The position numbers and the translations under genes are program-made. Source: the human T2T-CHM13v2.0 reference genome, Homo sapiens. From it: a stretch of 64,000 nucleotides of DNA. Shown here piece after piece: positions 62,984-64,000 of the stretch. The stretch's first letter is position 1, and each line of letters starts with the position of its first letter. The notes below the pieces were generated by a model. That model had not been told where the DNA came from. It did no database searches and worked only from the letters and a program-made list of their open reading frames with translations. The stretch lies in the NCBI RefSeq assembly GCF_009914755.1, contig NC_060925.1. One strand, 5' to 3'.

Positions 62984-63611
62984 TATTTCACATCCTCCTG
63001 TTTTAATGTAATATTTTTCTAGCTCTTTTTAAAATTTTGTCTTTATCCTTAATTATCTCAGTATAACTATGATGTAATTTACTTTGTATTTATTCTGCTT
63101 TGGGGCTAATGACTTTTGAATCAATAGATTTGTGACTTTTACTAAATTTGGGAAGTTTTTGGCAATTATTTGTTAAAATATTTTTTTCTGCTTTTCTTTC
63201 TTCCCCTTCATTTCTGAGACTTTAATAGCTTGTGCATTAGAACTTTTAATATCACAAATTCTTTAGGCTCTGTTTGTTTATGGGACCATTTTTGTCCTCT
63301 GTGTTCTTCAAATTCTATAATTTGTACTGATTTATCTTTAAGTATACTGACTATTTACATAGTACCTATATTTCTTTTTTTAAGCCCAACCAGGTATTTT
63401 TATTTTATATATTCTAATTCTCAATTTTCAAATTTCAATTTGATTCTTTGTGGTTTGTATTCTTCTGCTGATATTTCCAAATTGTTCATTTATTTTAACC
63501 ATATTTTTATTTATATTATTGAACATAGCTATAATAGCTGTTTTAAATGACTTTTCTCTCAAATTTTGCATCTTTCTGTTGGTTTCTATTGATTATCTTT
63601 TGTATGAAGTA

Positions 63612-64000
63612 CTGTTCTCAGTCAATGAACAAAACAAACCCATAATCTTTCCTTGTGGAATTTACATTCTAGTAAGAGAAGGCAGACAATAAACAAGTAA
63701 ATTATATTACATATTAAAAGACAGTAATTACTACAAAAGTGAACAATAAACAGATAATTTTAAATGCGACAATTAGAGAAGACGTCACTGAACATGATTG
63801 GGGCAAATATTTGAGGATGATGAGGGAACAAGACATTCAGTTCAAATAGCTAAGATGAAGGCTTGAGGCTCAATGAACAAAAAGTGAAAATGCCATTAGG
63901 AAAAAGCATGAATGGTGTGCTTAAACACCATCAACCAGGCTTGTTTGCTTAGAATGAAATGGGCAAGGGGAAAGTGCATTTGAAGCAGGTATAGATAAGT
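63612..64000 (-). mobile_element. L2 fragment, runs off the right edge
   Basis: tgaacaaaacaaac...ccttgtggaatttacattctagtaagagaaggcagacaataaacaagtaaa. Confidence 0.8.

Larger units (their letters stand above)
56925..63600 (-). mobile_element. Old L1ME/L1M5-type host element (pieces about 56925-57480, 62422-62640, 62985-63600)
   Basis: tacagaatgaagaat resumes as tagtacaggtctgctggcaatcaattttcttagtttt after the nested insertions; T-rich ORF1-antisense sequence continues to about 63600. Confidence 0.7.

Overview
AT-rich, CpG-poor primate genomic DNA. It is probably catarrhine and possibly human, since it carries AluY, an L1PA5/6-type L1 and THE1 elements. I find no credible host protein-coding exon, tRNA, rRNA or CpG island. 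Most of the window is layered transposon remnants: old L2/MIR/L1M elements, MaLR/ERVL LTRs (two THE1 proviruses with internal sequence, solo THE1/MLT1/LTR47/LTR33-like LTRs), several primate L1s and about seven Alus. Nearly all ORFs in the supplied track are broken L1 ORF1/ORF2, THE1-internal or Alu frames, or chance ORFs. The best leads are: (1) an unidentified, hairpin-rich ~130-bp retroposed insert with an A-tail and target-site duplication at 9961-10161; (2) an open, C-terminally extended L1 ORF0 in an orphan L1PA 5' end at 38773-40168; (3) two 5'-inverted (twin-primed) L1s, one with a possible short 3' transduction; (4) several templated fold-back repair scars; (5) a multi-level L1/Alu nest at 57-62 kb. 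I cannot support a claim of a new biological system. Repeat subfamily calls come from recalled consensus similarity, and boundaries of old elements are approximate.
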